DNA of 64,000 nt from Alloascoidea hylecoeti (taxonomy: Eukaryota). The stretch is from positions 124,001 through 188,000 of the forward strand of contig BCKZ01000006.1 of the NCBI GenBank assembly GCA_001600815.1. The letters run 5' to 3'. This document shows positions 13,384 to 24,523 of this stretch, piece after piece. The position numbers and the translations under genes were made by a program. The notes beneath the pieces were generated by a model, which saw only the letters and a list, made by a program, of their open reading frames with translations, did no database searches and was not told the DNA's origin. The first letter of the stretch is position 1. Each line of letters begins with the position of its first letter.

Positions 13384-16300
13384 ATGTCCAAGAAAGTTAG
13401 GTCCGACGATATGTCTTCTCACACAAACTCTGCCATTGACAACAGTGACGTTGATAAGTACTATGACCCTGAAGAAACTGCAAACTCTGATAGTCCTAGT
13501 GCAGAGGCTGAAAATTTAGTTAGAATTACTTCAAACCGAAATACTCTAGAGAGACTTGAAACTCTGACTCAACAATTGTCAACTCACACAAGTAGAAATG
13601 GTTCTATAAATCTCAACTTAGATGATTTTGACTTGGAATACCTACTAAAGCATATTATTAGACGGTCTGATAGAGATGGCATAAAATCAAGATACTCTGG
13701 TATTCGTTTTAAAAATGTTACTGCTCATGGAATTGATATCTCCGCCTCTTATGCTGCTACTGTTGGTGACGTATTTAGAATATTTAACGATCTACCAAAT
13801 AAATTGAAATCAGTAAGACACCCCAAAACACGTAAGTTAATATCTGATATTTCTGGTGTTATTAATCCTGGAGAAATGGTTTTGGTGCTTGGACGACCAG
13901 GATCTGGTTGTTCTACGTTTTTACGCTCTTTAGCTGGCGAAACTTCGGAATTAAAGGCAGTTGAAGGTGATATTTCTTTCAATGGAATTCCCCAAAAAAC
14001 AATGATGAAAGAATTTAAAGGTGATGTCATTTATAATTCAGAATGTAAGTTTTTCTTTGTCTTATTTCCTATGTTAATTATACGGCGCTGTGATTAAAAA
14101 TTAAACTTGTAGAGGAGAAACTAACAATATTTTAAATATTCACAGTGGATGTTCATTTCCCACATCTAACCGTTGATCAGACTTTGAAGTTTGCAATCGC
14201 ATGTAAAACTCCAAACATTCGTCCAAAGAATGTATCAAGAAATCAATATATCAATGCTTATCGTGATATTCTAGCAACTGTGTTTGGCCTCATGCATGCA
14301 TTAAACACAAAAGTTGGTAATGACTTTGTACGTGGTGTTTCTGGTGGAGAAAGAAAACGTGTGTCTATTGCCGAAGCACTTTCTGCTAGAGCGTCAGTTT
14401 ATCTTTGGGATAATGCAACAAGAGGTCTTGATGCTTCAACTGCTTTGGAATTTACAAGAGCTGTAAGAAGTTCAACCAATTTATTAAACAATGTTGCTGT
14501 AATTGCTGCATATCAAGCTGGTGAAAATATTTATGAAAGCTTTGATAAAGTTTGTGTTCTATACAGTGGAAGACAAGTCTTTTGGGGACCAATAACAAGA
14601 GCAAGAGAATATTTTGAAGAAATGGGATTTGAATGTTTGCATAGACAATGCACTGCTGAATTTTTAACCGCTGTCACTGATCCAAATGGTAGATTCCCTA
14701 AAAAAGGTATGGAGAATGCAGTTCCTAAAACTGTTGAAGAATTCGTTGATTACTGGACAAAATCAACTGATTATAAAATTATGTTAAATGAAATTAATGA
14801 TTATGATAATCATTATAATCATGAAGAAACTTATCAAACTTTTAAAGAATCAACTTTACAAGAAAAAATGAAAACTGCAAGATCAAAATCACAATATACA
14901 ATTTCATTTTTTGAACAATTAAAATTATTAATTAAAAGATCATTTCAAAGAAAATTAGGTGATAAAGCTTTTACAATAATTGATTGTGTTGCTTCAATTA
15001 TTCAAGCTTTAATTTTTGGTTCATTATTTTATAATATCTCTGATTCAACTTCTGGTGCTTATTCAAGAGGTGGTGTATTAAACTTTTCAATTTTACTTTT
15101 TGCAATTATTGCCCTAGCTGAAATCTCATATTCATTTGAACATCGACCTATTTTATTAAAACAGAAATCTTATATGTTTTATCATCCTGCTGGTGAACAA
15201 TTAGCAAGATCATTGTCTGATATACCATTTAAACTTGTTTCAATTACTGGATTTACTATTATCATTTATTTTTTAACTAATTTAAAGCGAACAGCTGGTC
15301 AATTTTTTATCTTTTTCATATTTGTTTGTCTTACTTCTTTTACAATGAATGCTTTATTCCAGATGGTTGCTTCGTCTTTTCAAACAATGGCTCCGGCAAA
15401 TTCAGTCAGTGGAATTGGCGTTTTGGCAACCGTTGTTTATACTGGCTATATCTTACAACAAGGAAATATGAGACCATGGTTTAAATGGATTAGATTTCTT
15501 AATCCTTTATTTTATTCCTTTGAAGCGTTAATGGCAAATGAATTCCATGGTAGAGAAATGTCATGTGGTGCAGGAACTTTAGTACCAAGTGGCCCCGGTT
15601 ATGGTAATGGAACTTCTTCAGATGGTAGTCAAGTATGTGCTGTTATAGGTGCAAATACTGGCTCAACTGTTGTATCTGGGGATCGATATATTGAACTAAG
15701 TTATGATTATAAGTTTTCTCATGTTTGGAGAAACTTTGGTATAGTAATTGCTTATTGGATATTGTTTTTAGTTGTTGCAATGATTTTTACCGAATTTTTA
15801 AAGCCTGCTAGTGGTGGTGGGGATAAATTAATGTTTAAACGAGGTTGTATTCCAGATGAATTTAAAAAGAAATTGGATAATAATGATAAAGAAAAAGGTG
15901 AAGAGAGTGCCGCTGGTACCAATGAAATTGTTGTTGAAAAGAAAATTGCTAGTACAAAAGAATTATCAAATGTTTTTGAAGAAAATAATACTCAAAGCAC
16001 TGAAGTTTTCTCATGGCAAAATGTTGATTATGTTATACCAGTTAAAGATGGTGAAAGAAAGTTACTTGATAATATTCAAGGATATGTCAAACCTGGTACA
16101 ATCACTGCTTTGATGGGTGAATCCGGCGCTGGAAAAACAACATTATTAAATGTTTTATCACAGAGAATTGATTTTGGTGTTATTACTGGTGGTATGTTGG
16201 TTGATGGTAAACCAATTGATAACTCATTTCAAAGAAGAACTGGTTATGTTCAACAACAGGATTTACATGTCCATGAAGCAACTGTCCGTGAATCTTTAAT

Positions 16301-17924
16301 ATTCTCTGCGAGATTAAGACAATCATCATCAGTACCTGATTCTGAAAAATTAGAGTATGTTGAAAAGATTATTGATCTTCTTGGTATGAATCTTTATGCT
16401 GATGCAATTGTTGGTGAACCAGGTGTTGGATTAAACGTGGAGCAACGTAAAAAATTATCGATTGGTGTTGAACTTGTTGCAAAACCATCTTTGTTATTAT
16501 TTTTAGATGAACCAACTTCTGGTTTAGATTCTCAATCTGCATGGGCAATTGTTTTATTTTTAAGAGAACTTGCGAATGCAGGTCAAGCAATATTGTGTAC
16601 AATTCATCAACCATCAGCTACATTATTTGAACAATTTGATAGACTATTATTATTGAAAAAAGGTGGTAAGACTGTTTATTTTGGTGATATTGGGTATCAC
16701 TCAAATACCTTATTGGATTATTTTGAAAGAAATGGTGCTCCAAAATGTCAAGAGAATGAAAATCCAGCTGAATATATTTTAGAATGTATTGGTGCTGGTG
16801 CAACAGCTCATGTCACTGAAGACTGGAGTGATATCTGGAATAACTCAGATGAGTTTAAAGCAACCACACGGGAAATTGAAGAATTACATGATGAATTGGA
16901 AAAAATCGAAAAACCACATTTAGATGATAAATCTTTAGGTAATAGATTTGCAACTTCATGGTTTACACAATTAATAATTGTTACAAAAAGAACGTATCTT
17001 CAATTTTGGAGAGATACTGTTTATGTAACTTCAAAATTAATGCTTTGTATATTTGGTGGACTTTTTCTTGGTTTTTCATTTTGGGATATTGATAATACTT
17101 TAGCTGGTAATCAAAACACCTCATTTGTTATTTTAATGTCTCTTATTTTATCAGCTCCATTAATGAATCAGATTCATCAACGTGCTTTAGCATCAAGAGA
17201 ATTATATGAAATTAGAGAAAGTGCAAGTAATACATTTCATTGGTCTACATTATTATTAGCACAAATTTTAGCTGAAATTCCATATAACTTCTTGGGAACA
17301 TCACTTATCTTTTGTTGTTTATATTTCCCATTAAGGGTTTCTTTTGAAACAAATATTACGGGCTATTATTATCTTATTTATGCAATTATTTTTCAATTAT
17401 ATTTTACTACCTTTGGATTGTTAACAATTTATATTGCCCCTGATTTACCTTCAGCATCAGTTATCACTTCATTATTGTTCAACTTTATGATTAGTTTTTG
17501 TGGGGTTTTCCAATACTATAGTTACATGCCATCATTTTGGCATTTTATGTATCGTGTTTCACCATACACTTATTTTGTTCAAAGTTTAGTTGGAGATTTA
17601 TTACATGACTTTAAAATTGATTGTTCCACAAAAGAGCTTGCATATTTTGATCCGCCAAATGGAGGAACCTGTTTGGAATATGCTGGTGCATATGTTGAAC
17701 AAGCGAAAGGAAAACTAATCAATCCTGAAGCAACACAAAATTGTGCTTATTGTAGATATTCAGTTGGAGATGATTTCTTATCATTTGTTAATATCTCTTT
17801 TAGTCAAAGATGGAGAAATTTTGGATTAGGTTGGGTTTATATTATATTTAACATATTTGCCATGTTAGGATTATATTGGTTATTGAGGGTTCCAAAGAAG
17901 AAGTTTAAGTTCAAGAAATCTTAA
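13384..17924 (+). CDS. SNQ2: Full-size PDR/ABCG multidrug transporter, Snq2/Pdr12 clade; join(13384..14044,14146..17924), 1479 aa
   Basis: Intron 14045-14145 (GTAAGT..CTAAC..CAG) joins the two ORFs as YNSE-L-DVHFP. NBD1 GRPGSGCST, VSGGERKRVSIAE, WDNATRGLD; NBD2 GESGAGKTT, LNVEQRKKLSIGVEL; two TMDs. Confidence 0.92.
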
Positions 17925-18216
17925 TTGTTAGGAGGAATATGCAATGCTCGGGTACATGAAATATTAGTAACTAATATTTTTTTATTCTTTTTTCCTGTGT
18001 TTACTACTGATTATATATAATTAATTTTGAAAAATATAAATAATGTTCATGTTATTGTAAGGCCCATTTAGGTAATTATAAGGTATTTTTCTGATTCGGA
18101 CTCTATTTACCCGGTGCATATTTAAGTAAGTTCTATTAATATTCTCTCTCCTTTTAAACAATCAAACAGTTTGTAATTGAACTAAATAATAACACACATG
18201 GCATTGATAACATCAA

Positions 18217-20187
18217 ATGTCAGCCCTACTAAACTATTCATATTCCGGCGAATCTTTACAACGTGTTTTGGAAGATCTATTTGTTAGATTTGTTATCAAC
18301 TGTCCTGCAGAAGACTTGTCAAGTGTAGAAAGATTGTTTTTTCAAATTGAAGAAGCACGATGGTTTTATATGGATTATGTTAGACAACAAGAACCTTCAT
18401 TACCAATAATGAATATGAAATTCTTCTCACATAAACTTATAGAATCTTTTCCTTATATTTGGAAATGGGGTGTGCGTGATTCCTCTAACGCTGTAAGACA
18501 ATTTGGCATTTATAAATCTGGAATTCCTGTAAGAGGTGCTGTTTTACTGAATAAACAAATGTCAAAGGTTTTATTAGTACAGGGAATGGACTCAAATTCT
18601 TCATGGGGATTTCCAAGAGGTAAGATAAATAAAAGTGAATCTGATGAAGAATGCGCTATTCGTGAAGTTTATGAAGAAATTGGTTTTGATATTAAACTCC
18701 TATTAAATCCAAATGATTATATTTCAAAAAAAATAAATGGGAAAAATCATAAAATATTTATTATATATGGTATTCCATTGGAAACAAGTTTTGTTCCTCA
18801 AACAAGGAATGAAATTGGAAATATTGAATGGCATTTAATTAAAAGTCTTTGTACAAAAGAAAAATCAAGAAATTCAATCTATTTTTTTGTAACACCATTT
18901 TTACAATCAATAATTAATAAAATAAAAAATAAACGTAATACAGAATCAAAGGTTGCTAATCAATTATTACGTGTGCAAGAAGAACTAAAAATGGTGTTAG
19001 GTGTTGGAAAATATGCTGATCGTGAGTCTCCACAGCCACTAGATGATTCGGGAGGGGATCTAGGCATTATCAATTCATTACATGCCACTGTTCAGACCAA
19101 ATCTAATTGTGATGAACAATCATTATATCGGACTCGGATTGAAAATGATATTACCCAAGATACGCTGGACCAGAGTCGAGATGTGATTGTTGAAACTGAA
19201 AACGAATCTAAAAATATGGTTAATCATAGTACCGGTAATGCTGACGATCATGATATACCCATGATCCAGAATACTATTTCAATTCAATCACACCCGGTAA
19301 ATAATATCTTTTCTAATCCCTCTTTACGATTACAAATGGCCATGTCAAGTATGTATAGCGAACCAATCCCCTCATCAAATCAAGTTATATCTCGTCATAA
19401 TAATTTGATTTCGAGATCCAATACTTCATTTAACAGGCATTCATATTCATATTATATGCAATTGCAACCTCAAATTTTATCAGCTTCTCTTCATAACACG
19501 TCTTCAATTCGCTCCCAATTTCCGACATCAATTAGTGCTACCGGTAGCTTTTATTTATCAGCTGAAGCATTATCACCACCATCGGTTATTTCAACGTCAA
19601 CAAACAATGAAGAACCTCCAATTATAAAGTTTGTAACTTTACCTGCACAAAACCAAGATAACAATTCAAGTAAGGATAAATTAATATCTGGGGAACAAGT
19701 TAAAAAAAGTCATACACATTCAAAATCAGGTGAGTTACTTCATTTGTTAACCCAACAACTTCAGGTTAATCGTTCACCGTTAAAAACACCCGAAATGAAT
19801 AGAAGTAAACAAATTAATAAATTCAAAGACACGTCTAATTCTTCAAAAGAACTTTTAAGTCTATTGGAAACCCCTCAAAAGACAAATTCAAACTCAGATA
19901 AGATAATTAACTCAAATAATGGTTCAAAATTAACTCCCAAACCACAAGAACAGTTTCTATCACAGGCATCGCCATCTGTAGAAAAACCTTTCTATCTTTT
20001 AAAACAACCATTTCATGGAAAACTTTCTTTGCCTGAAATTTCGAAAGCAGCAGCTGCAGAAGTTGAGTTTAAAACTACTTGTCAAATCCCTTCAACATTT
20101 TCCAAGTCACAGCGTGGTTACCAGTCCAAATCTTTATCGGCCTCAGTGAAGCTCCTCAATCGATTAAGGAAGGTCGATGTTCATTGA
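18217..20187 (+). CDS. DCP2: mRNA decapping enzyme catalytic subunit Dcp2
   Basis: Box A (LEDLFVRFVINCPAEDLSSVERLFFQIEEARWFY), Nudix box (GKINKSESDEECAIREVYEEIG), disordered tail with helical Leu-rich motifs (ELLHLL, ELLSLL, KLLNRL). Reb1-like TTACCCGG at 18107-18114. Confidence 0.95.
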   Translation: MSALLNYSYSGESLQRVLEDLFVRFVINCPAEDLSSVERLFFQIEEARWFYMDYVRQQEPSLPIMNMKFFSHKLIESFPYIWKWGVRDSSNAVRQFGIYKSGIPVRGAVLLNKQMSKVLLVQGMDSNSSWGFPRGKINKSESDEECAIREVYEEIGFDIKLLLNPNDYISKKINGKNHKIFIIYGIPLETSFVPQTRNEIGNIEWHLIKSLCTKEKSRNSIYFFVTPFLQSIINKIKNKRNTESKVANQLLRVQEELKMVLGVGKYADRESPQPLDDSGGDLGIINSLHATVQTKSNCDEQSLYRTRIENDITQDTLDQSRDVIVETENESKNMVNHSTGNADDHDIPMIQNTISIQSHPVNNIFSNPSLRLQMAMSSMYSEPIPSSNQVISRHNNLISRSNTSFNRHSYSYYMQLQPQILSASLHNTSSIRSQFPTSISATGSFYLSAEALSPPSVISTSTNNEEPPIIKFVTLPAQNQDNNSSKDKLISGEQVKKSHTHSKSGELLHLLTQQLQVNRSPLKTPEMNRSKQINKFKDTSNSSKELLSLLETPQKTNSNSDKIINSNNGSKLTPKPQEQFLSQASPSVEKPFYLLKQPFHGKLSLPEISKAAAAEVEFKTTCQIPSTFSKSQRGYQSKSLSASVKLLNRLRKVDVH

Positions 20188-20459
20188 TCATGTTCATGGT
20201 GGTAGAGATGGGCACTAATTATAATTGTAGCGTATAAAAAAGTTTCGTACATTATGAAATTATAGTGTTAATAACATATTATCCATATTCCTGAAACCAA
20301 CATCCAATCACAATGAGTATCCGGGTAACTATCGTATTTGGTAAGATTTCTACTCACCCCCTTCTTCCCCTTTATCTAGCAAAATCAAGGCAATTAACAG
20401 ATATCATTCTATAAGCCTTTTCTTGTTTATTTCTTACTCAATTCTTTGAAATATTTACA

Positions 20460-23366
20460 ATGTCTTATAGAGAACATGGCTCTGAAAGGGGTGGTCGTGG
20501 GGGTCGCGGTGGCAGCCGTGGTGGCCGAGGAGACCGTGGAGATCGTGGAGGTTATCGTGGAAGGGGTGGTCATGGTGGAGATCGCGGGGGCTACCGTGGA
20601 AGGGGTGGTGACCATGGTGGTAGAGGTGGAGCTCGTGGGGGTCGTGGAGGCCACAGAGGAGGTAGAGGTGGGTTTGGTCAACAACCATTGCCTGTTTATA
20701 ATCTAAAAGCAGAGTTTGAAACTCCCAATATCGCTTCTGTTCCCGATAATACTAAAGTCCTCGCGAAATTGAAACCCGAGTTAACAAAAACTGGGGTTTT
20801 TAGTGATCAAAAACAGATGATTTTGAGACCTGACTATGGTACCATAGGTACAAAAGTAGACGTTGGCACAAATTTCATCTCCTATGATATTTCTGGAATC
20901 AAAATTTTTACTTACACTGTAACTTTCCCAAACGAATTAGCGACAAAAAGAAGAATTAAAACGGAGTTATTGGTTGAAATAATTGATAAAATTGTAACAG
21001 ATCCCTCGCTCAAAAAGCAGGTTGCACATAATAATGGCAATACTATTTACTCCGTTGACAGACCAATTCCTTTGAATGTCACCTCATTCACGTTTGACGC
21101 TGGAAAAGGTAAAGAGCCATGGGTGGTTACAATCAAGAAAGATGTGGATTTGGACATGAATGAATTCGTTAAACACGTAAGATTGAGTTCTGCAAACTCC
21201 TTCAAATTGGATACCACTACTTATACTAATGCTTTAAATGTTATGCTTGGTTATAAAGCATCTCAACACAAGAACATTGTTCCAGTTGGCCGTAACAGAT
21301 ATTTCGTTATCGATAAACCAGAGAAAACGAACGAAATCATGCAAGGTTTATATTTATGTAATGGTTTCTACACTTCTGTTCGTCCTTCCTTTGATAGAGT
21401 CTTAATTAACTCGAATGTTTGTACCGCTATTTTTTATAAAGCTCATAAGTCTGATGGCACCCCAATGAGCCTTGCAGATTTGTTTTTTGATTATCTAGGT
21501 ACAACCAATATTGATGATGTTAATAATGAATTATCTAGTTTCAGACACCAAAAGTTTTTCAAAGGTTTACGTATCAGTAGACCACATTTGAAGAAATCTA
21601 AACCAAAAACAGTCGTTGAAATCTCTAATAAGTCAGCAAAGACTTACACTTTTGAACAAAATGGTAAAAAGGTATCTGTTCAAAATTATTTTAGAGATCA
21701 ATACAAAGTTCAATTGAAGTATCCAGATCTCCATTTGATCGGTCTTGGTGGGTTCAATTTCATGCCTGCAGAATTAGCAACTGTTATCCCAGGTCAGGTA
21801 TTCAAAGGTGATATCACTGATATGAGACGTGTTTTAGATTTTACATGCCGTATTCCTGCTCAAAATGCTGGTCTTATTCAAAAGAAAGGCCTAACTCAAG
21901 TAATGGGATTTGAAGGTGAGAAAAGAATTGGTAATAAGTTAATGGTTGTACCATCTAGAATTTTGCCTGCTCCTGTTGTAAAATATAAAACCTCTGAAAT
22001 TAGATATAGTCCTGGTTCCGGTAAAGCTGAGAATAAAGGTAATTGGAATTTACGTGATGCTAAATTTGTTGAAACTGGAAAGTCAAAAGGTACTCTTGGT
22101 GTTATATTAGTTAAAGATAATCGCACCAGAACTGATGATCTAACCGACGCAGTTAATTGTTTTATTGGTGAATTAAGAAAATCTGGTCCAGTTTTTACTA
22201 AATATGAAAATAAATCTGTTGAGGCATCTTTTAATTTAAAAGATTTGGAAAGAGATCTAACTGGTGCTTTCAAAACTTTGAAGAGTAATCCAAAAGTTAG
22301 TTTTGTCTTAGTTGTTTTAAACAAAGAAGATACCGGAACTTATTCAATAGTTAAAAGGGTTTCAGATTTAATTGTTGGTATTCCATCATCTTGTGTTATT
22401 ATCAATAAGTTTACAAAGAGAAAATATGATTCCTTTGATTTAATGTATATGGCAAACGTTGCGATGAAAGTTAATTTAAAGCTTGGTGGGTCAAATCATA
22501 CATTATCAGAGCAGGATTCAAGGCCTTTGTTTACTGGCACTCTACCTGCATTAATTCTTGGTGCAGATGTTACTCATCCAAGTGGTTTATCTGAAAAGAA
22601 TCCTTCAATTGCTTCTGTTGTAGGTTCAGAAGATAAATATTTCAATAAGTTCCCTGGTGCCATCAGATTACAAGATGGTCGTGTGGAAGTTATTCAAGAA
22701 ATGGATTCATTGGTTATGGAAAGATTAGATCATTTCTATGCTTTGCATAAAGCTTTGCCAAACAAGGTTTACTTTTATAGAGATGGTGTTTCCGAAGGCC
22801 AATTTTCAATTATATTAGAAAACGAAGTACCTAAGGTCCGAAAGGCTTTAGCTGAAGCAGGGAGAAAATACAAGGCTGGGCCTAAATATAGTCCAAAGTT
22901 GACCTTTTTGGTTGTTGTTAAAAGACATCATACAAGATTTTTCCCATTGCAAGAAACTGTTAAGGGTGCACGTGGCCCTGAAGCGGTTAAATCTCATGAT
23001 AATATCATTCCTGGAAGTGCAATTGATCGTGGTATCTGTTCAGTTTATTCTTTTGATTTCTATATTCAATCTCAACAAGCATTGAAAGGTACTGGTATTC
23101 CAGGGCATTATTATGTTTTATTTGATGAGAATGGATTCACATCAGATTCCATTCAAAAATTAACATTTGATCTTTGTTTTACTTTCAGTAGAGCAACCAA
23201 ATCTGTTAAGATTGTTCCCGCTGCTTATTATGCTGATTTATTGTGTGAAAGAGGTCGTAGATATATTCATGGATCTTCAGCTGATCGTAGTCCAGATAAG
23301 AAAGCAAAGGAAATGCTTGGTTTAGGTATTCATAAGGATGTTAAGAATGTCATGTATTATATTTAA
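20460..23366 (+). CDS. AGO1: Argonaute (RNAi slicer), N-PAZ-MID-PIWI with N-terminal RGG box
   Basis: RPDYGTIG N-domain; PAZ (SVQNYFRDQYKVQLKYPDL..PAEL); KVNLKLGGSN; PIWI GADVTH, GRVEVI, YRDGVSEGQF, KRHHTRFF, GTGIPGHY, PAAYYADLLCERGR; 13 RGG triplets in the first ~75 aa. Reb1-like CCGGGTAA at 20321-20328. Confidence 0.97.
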   Translation: MSYREHGSERGGRGGRGGSRGGRGDRGDRGGYRGRGGHGGDRGGYRGRGGDHGGRGGARGGRGGHRGGRGGFGQQPLPVYNLKAEFETPNIASVPDNTKVLAKLKPELTKTGVFSDQKQMILRPDYGTIGTKVDVGTNFISYDISGIKIFTYTVTFPNELATKRRIKTELLVEIIDKIVTDPSLKKQVAHNNGNTIYSVDRPIPLNVTSFTFDAGKGKEPWVVTIKKDVDLDMNEFVKHVRLSSANSFKLDTTTYTNALNVMLGYKASQHKNIVPVGRNRYFVIDKPEKTNEIMQGLYLCNGFYTSVRPSFDRVLINSNVCTAIFYKAHKSDGTPMSLADLFFDYLGTTNIDDVNNELSSFRHQKFFKGLRISRPHLKKSKPKTVVEISNKSAKTYTFEQNGKKVSVQNYFRDQYKVQLKYPDLHLIGLGGFNFMPAELATVIPGQVFKGDITDMRRVLDFTCRIPAQNAGLIQKKGLTQVMGFEGEKRIGNKLMVVPSRILPAPVVKYKTSEIRYSPGSGKAENKGNWNLRDAKFVETGKSKGTLGVILVKDNRTRTDDLTDAVNCFIGELRKSGPVFTKYENKSVEASFNLKDLERDLTGAFKTLKSNPKVSFVLVVLNKEDTGTYSIVKRVSDLIVGIPSSCVIINKFTKRKYDSFDLMYMANVAMKVNLKLGGSNHTLSEQDSRPLFTGTLPALILGADVTHPSGLSEKNPSIASVVGSEDKYFNKFPGAIRLQDGRVEVIQEMDSLVMERLDHFYALHKALPNKVYFYRDGVSEGQFSIILENEVPKVRKALAEAGRKYKAGPKYSPKLTFLVVVKRHHTRFFPLQETVKGARGPEAVKSHDNIIPGSAIDRGICSVYSFDFYIQSQQALKGTGIPGHYYVLFDENGFTSDSIQKLTFDLCFTFSRATKSVKIVPAAYYADLLCERGRRYIHGSSADRSPDKKAKEMLGLGIHKDVKNVMYYI

Positions 23367-23641
23367 ACATGAAGAGGTAGAATTTTTTTATTTTGTATAC
23401 ATAATTAAATAGTAGAAGTGGCATTTAAGATTTTAACTATGTAATGTTTGTTAGCAAACTAGAATTTATCATTCAATTTTTTTTTTTCATTTAATTAGCA
23501 ATACTTTTAGCAGATAAAAGCATGTCCATCATCTGTCTCGATAATGAGTCATCCTTTCCTTTTACTATATCAAAGGGTCAGAGCTCATAATACATTTCTG
23601 TTATTCACTTAACTTAATTGTATCTAAAACTATTTAAATTA

Positions 23642-23832
23642 TTTCACTTATTTTCAGCCATTCTGACTAAACATTATTGGTCATATCCACGAAAGCTTTT
23701 CGCCTGAATTATTACCGGTATTATCATTGGTAGACGCCATAGGCACCATCGGGGCCAAACCCCGCCGAAATTTAGTTAAGGAGATGATGACCAATAATGT
23801 TTAATCGGCATGGCTGAAAATAAGTAAAACTG
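23642..23832. mobile_element. MITE-like element with 43-bp inverted repeats (Tc1/mariner-type CAGT terminus)
   Basis: 23642-23684 is the reverse complement of 23787-23829 with 4 mismatches; the right end reads TA|CAGTTTTACTTATTTTCAGCCA on the minus strand. Confidence 0.65.
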
Positions 23833-24523
23833 TATACAATGAGGATTTTTCTCGTTGATAATTACCATAAGATTCAGAGCTCACTTTAAAGGTACACCGG
23901 GACGTATGTAAGGGTTGGAATTCAAAAAACACCGCGGCTTATGGCTAAATTAAAAGTGTTAAATATAATATAAAGTCGAAATTCCTAAAAAGCAAATTTA
24001 AATGAGTATAAGCTTACCTTATAATTAATCTGGAACTGTAGCTGAATCCAAAGCTTTGTTACAAAATGTTGTTTTGTTAGGTAATATTAATTATATTTAA
24101 TGATCGATGATTTCTTTATATGATCACTTAAGAAATCGAGTTTCATGTCTATAAGTTAGTTCTATCTCACATTCATTACAAGCTAATTTAAAGATGTAGT
24201 GTTATATGACATTAAAATTATATGTATAGGATCTTATATAGATAAAGCAATCATTATTTATAATTTATATGTATAAAAAGTCGTCGACAATATTGCAATT
24301 GATTTAAAATTCAATAAGTATAAAAAGTAAAAGGAAGTAAAGATCAAAAAAGACACAACAACGATCAAATATTCGTAAAAATATAAACAATGCATTTATA
24401 TACGGTATGTAATTAAGGATATCGCGGGAAATTTCATTATAGCTATCATTTCAATGCAACTGAAAAGCCATGGGTGATAAGAAAAGATAAATGATTTGGA
24501 TTTAAAATGGAGTAGATAGATGA

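Noticed and set aside
20427..20706. Overlapping His-rich, Thr-rich and Val/Glu-rich ORFs at the AGO1 5' end
   Set aside because: They are alternative-frame shadows of the G-rich RGG-coding repeat.
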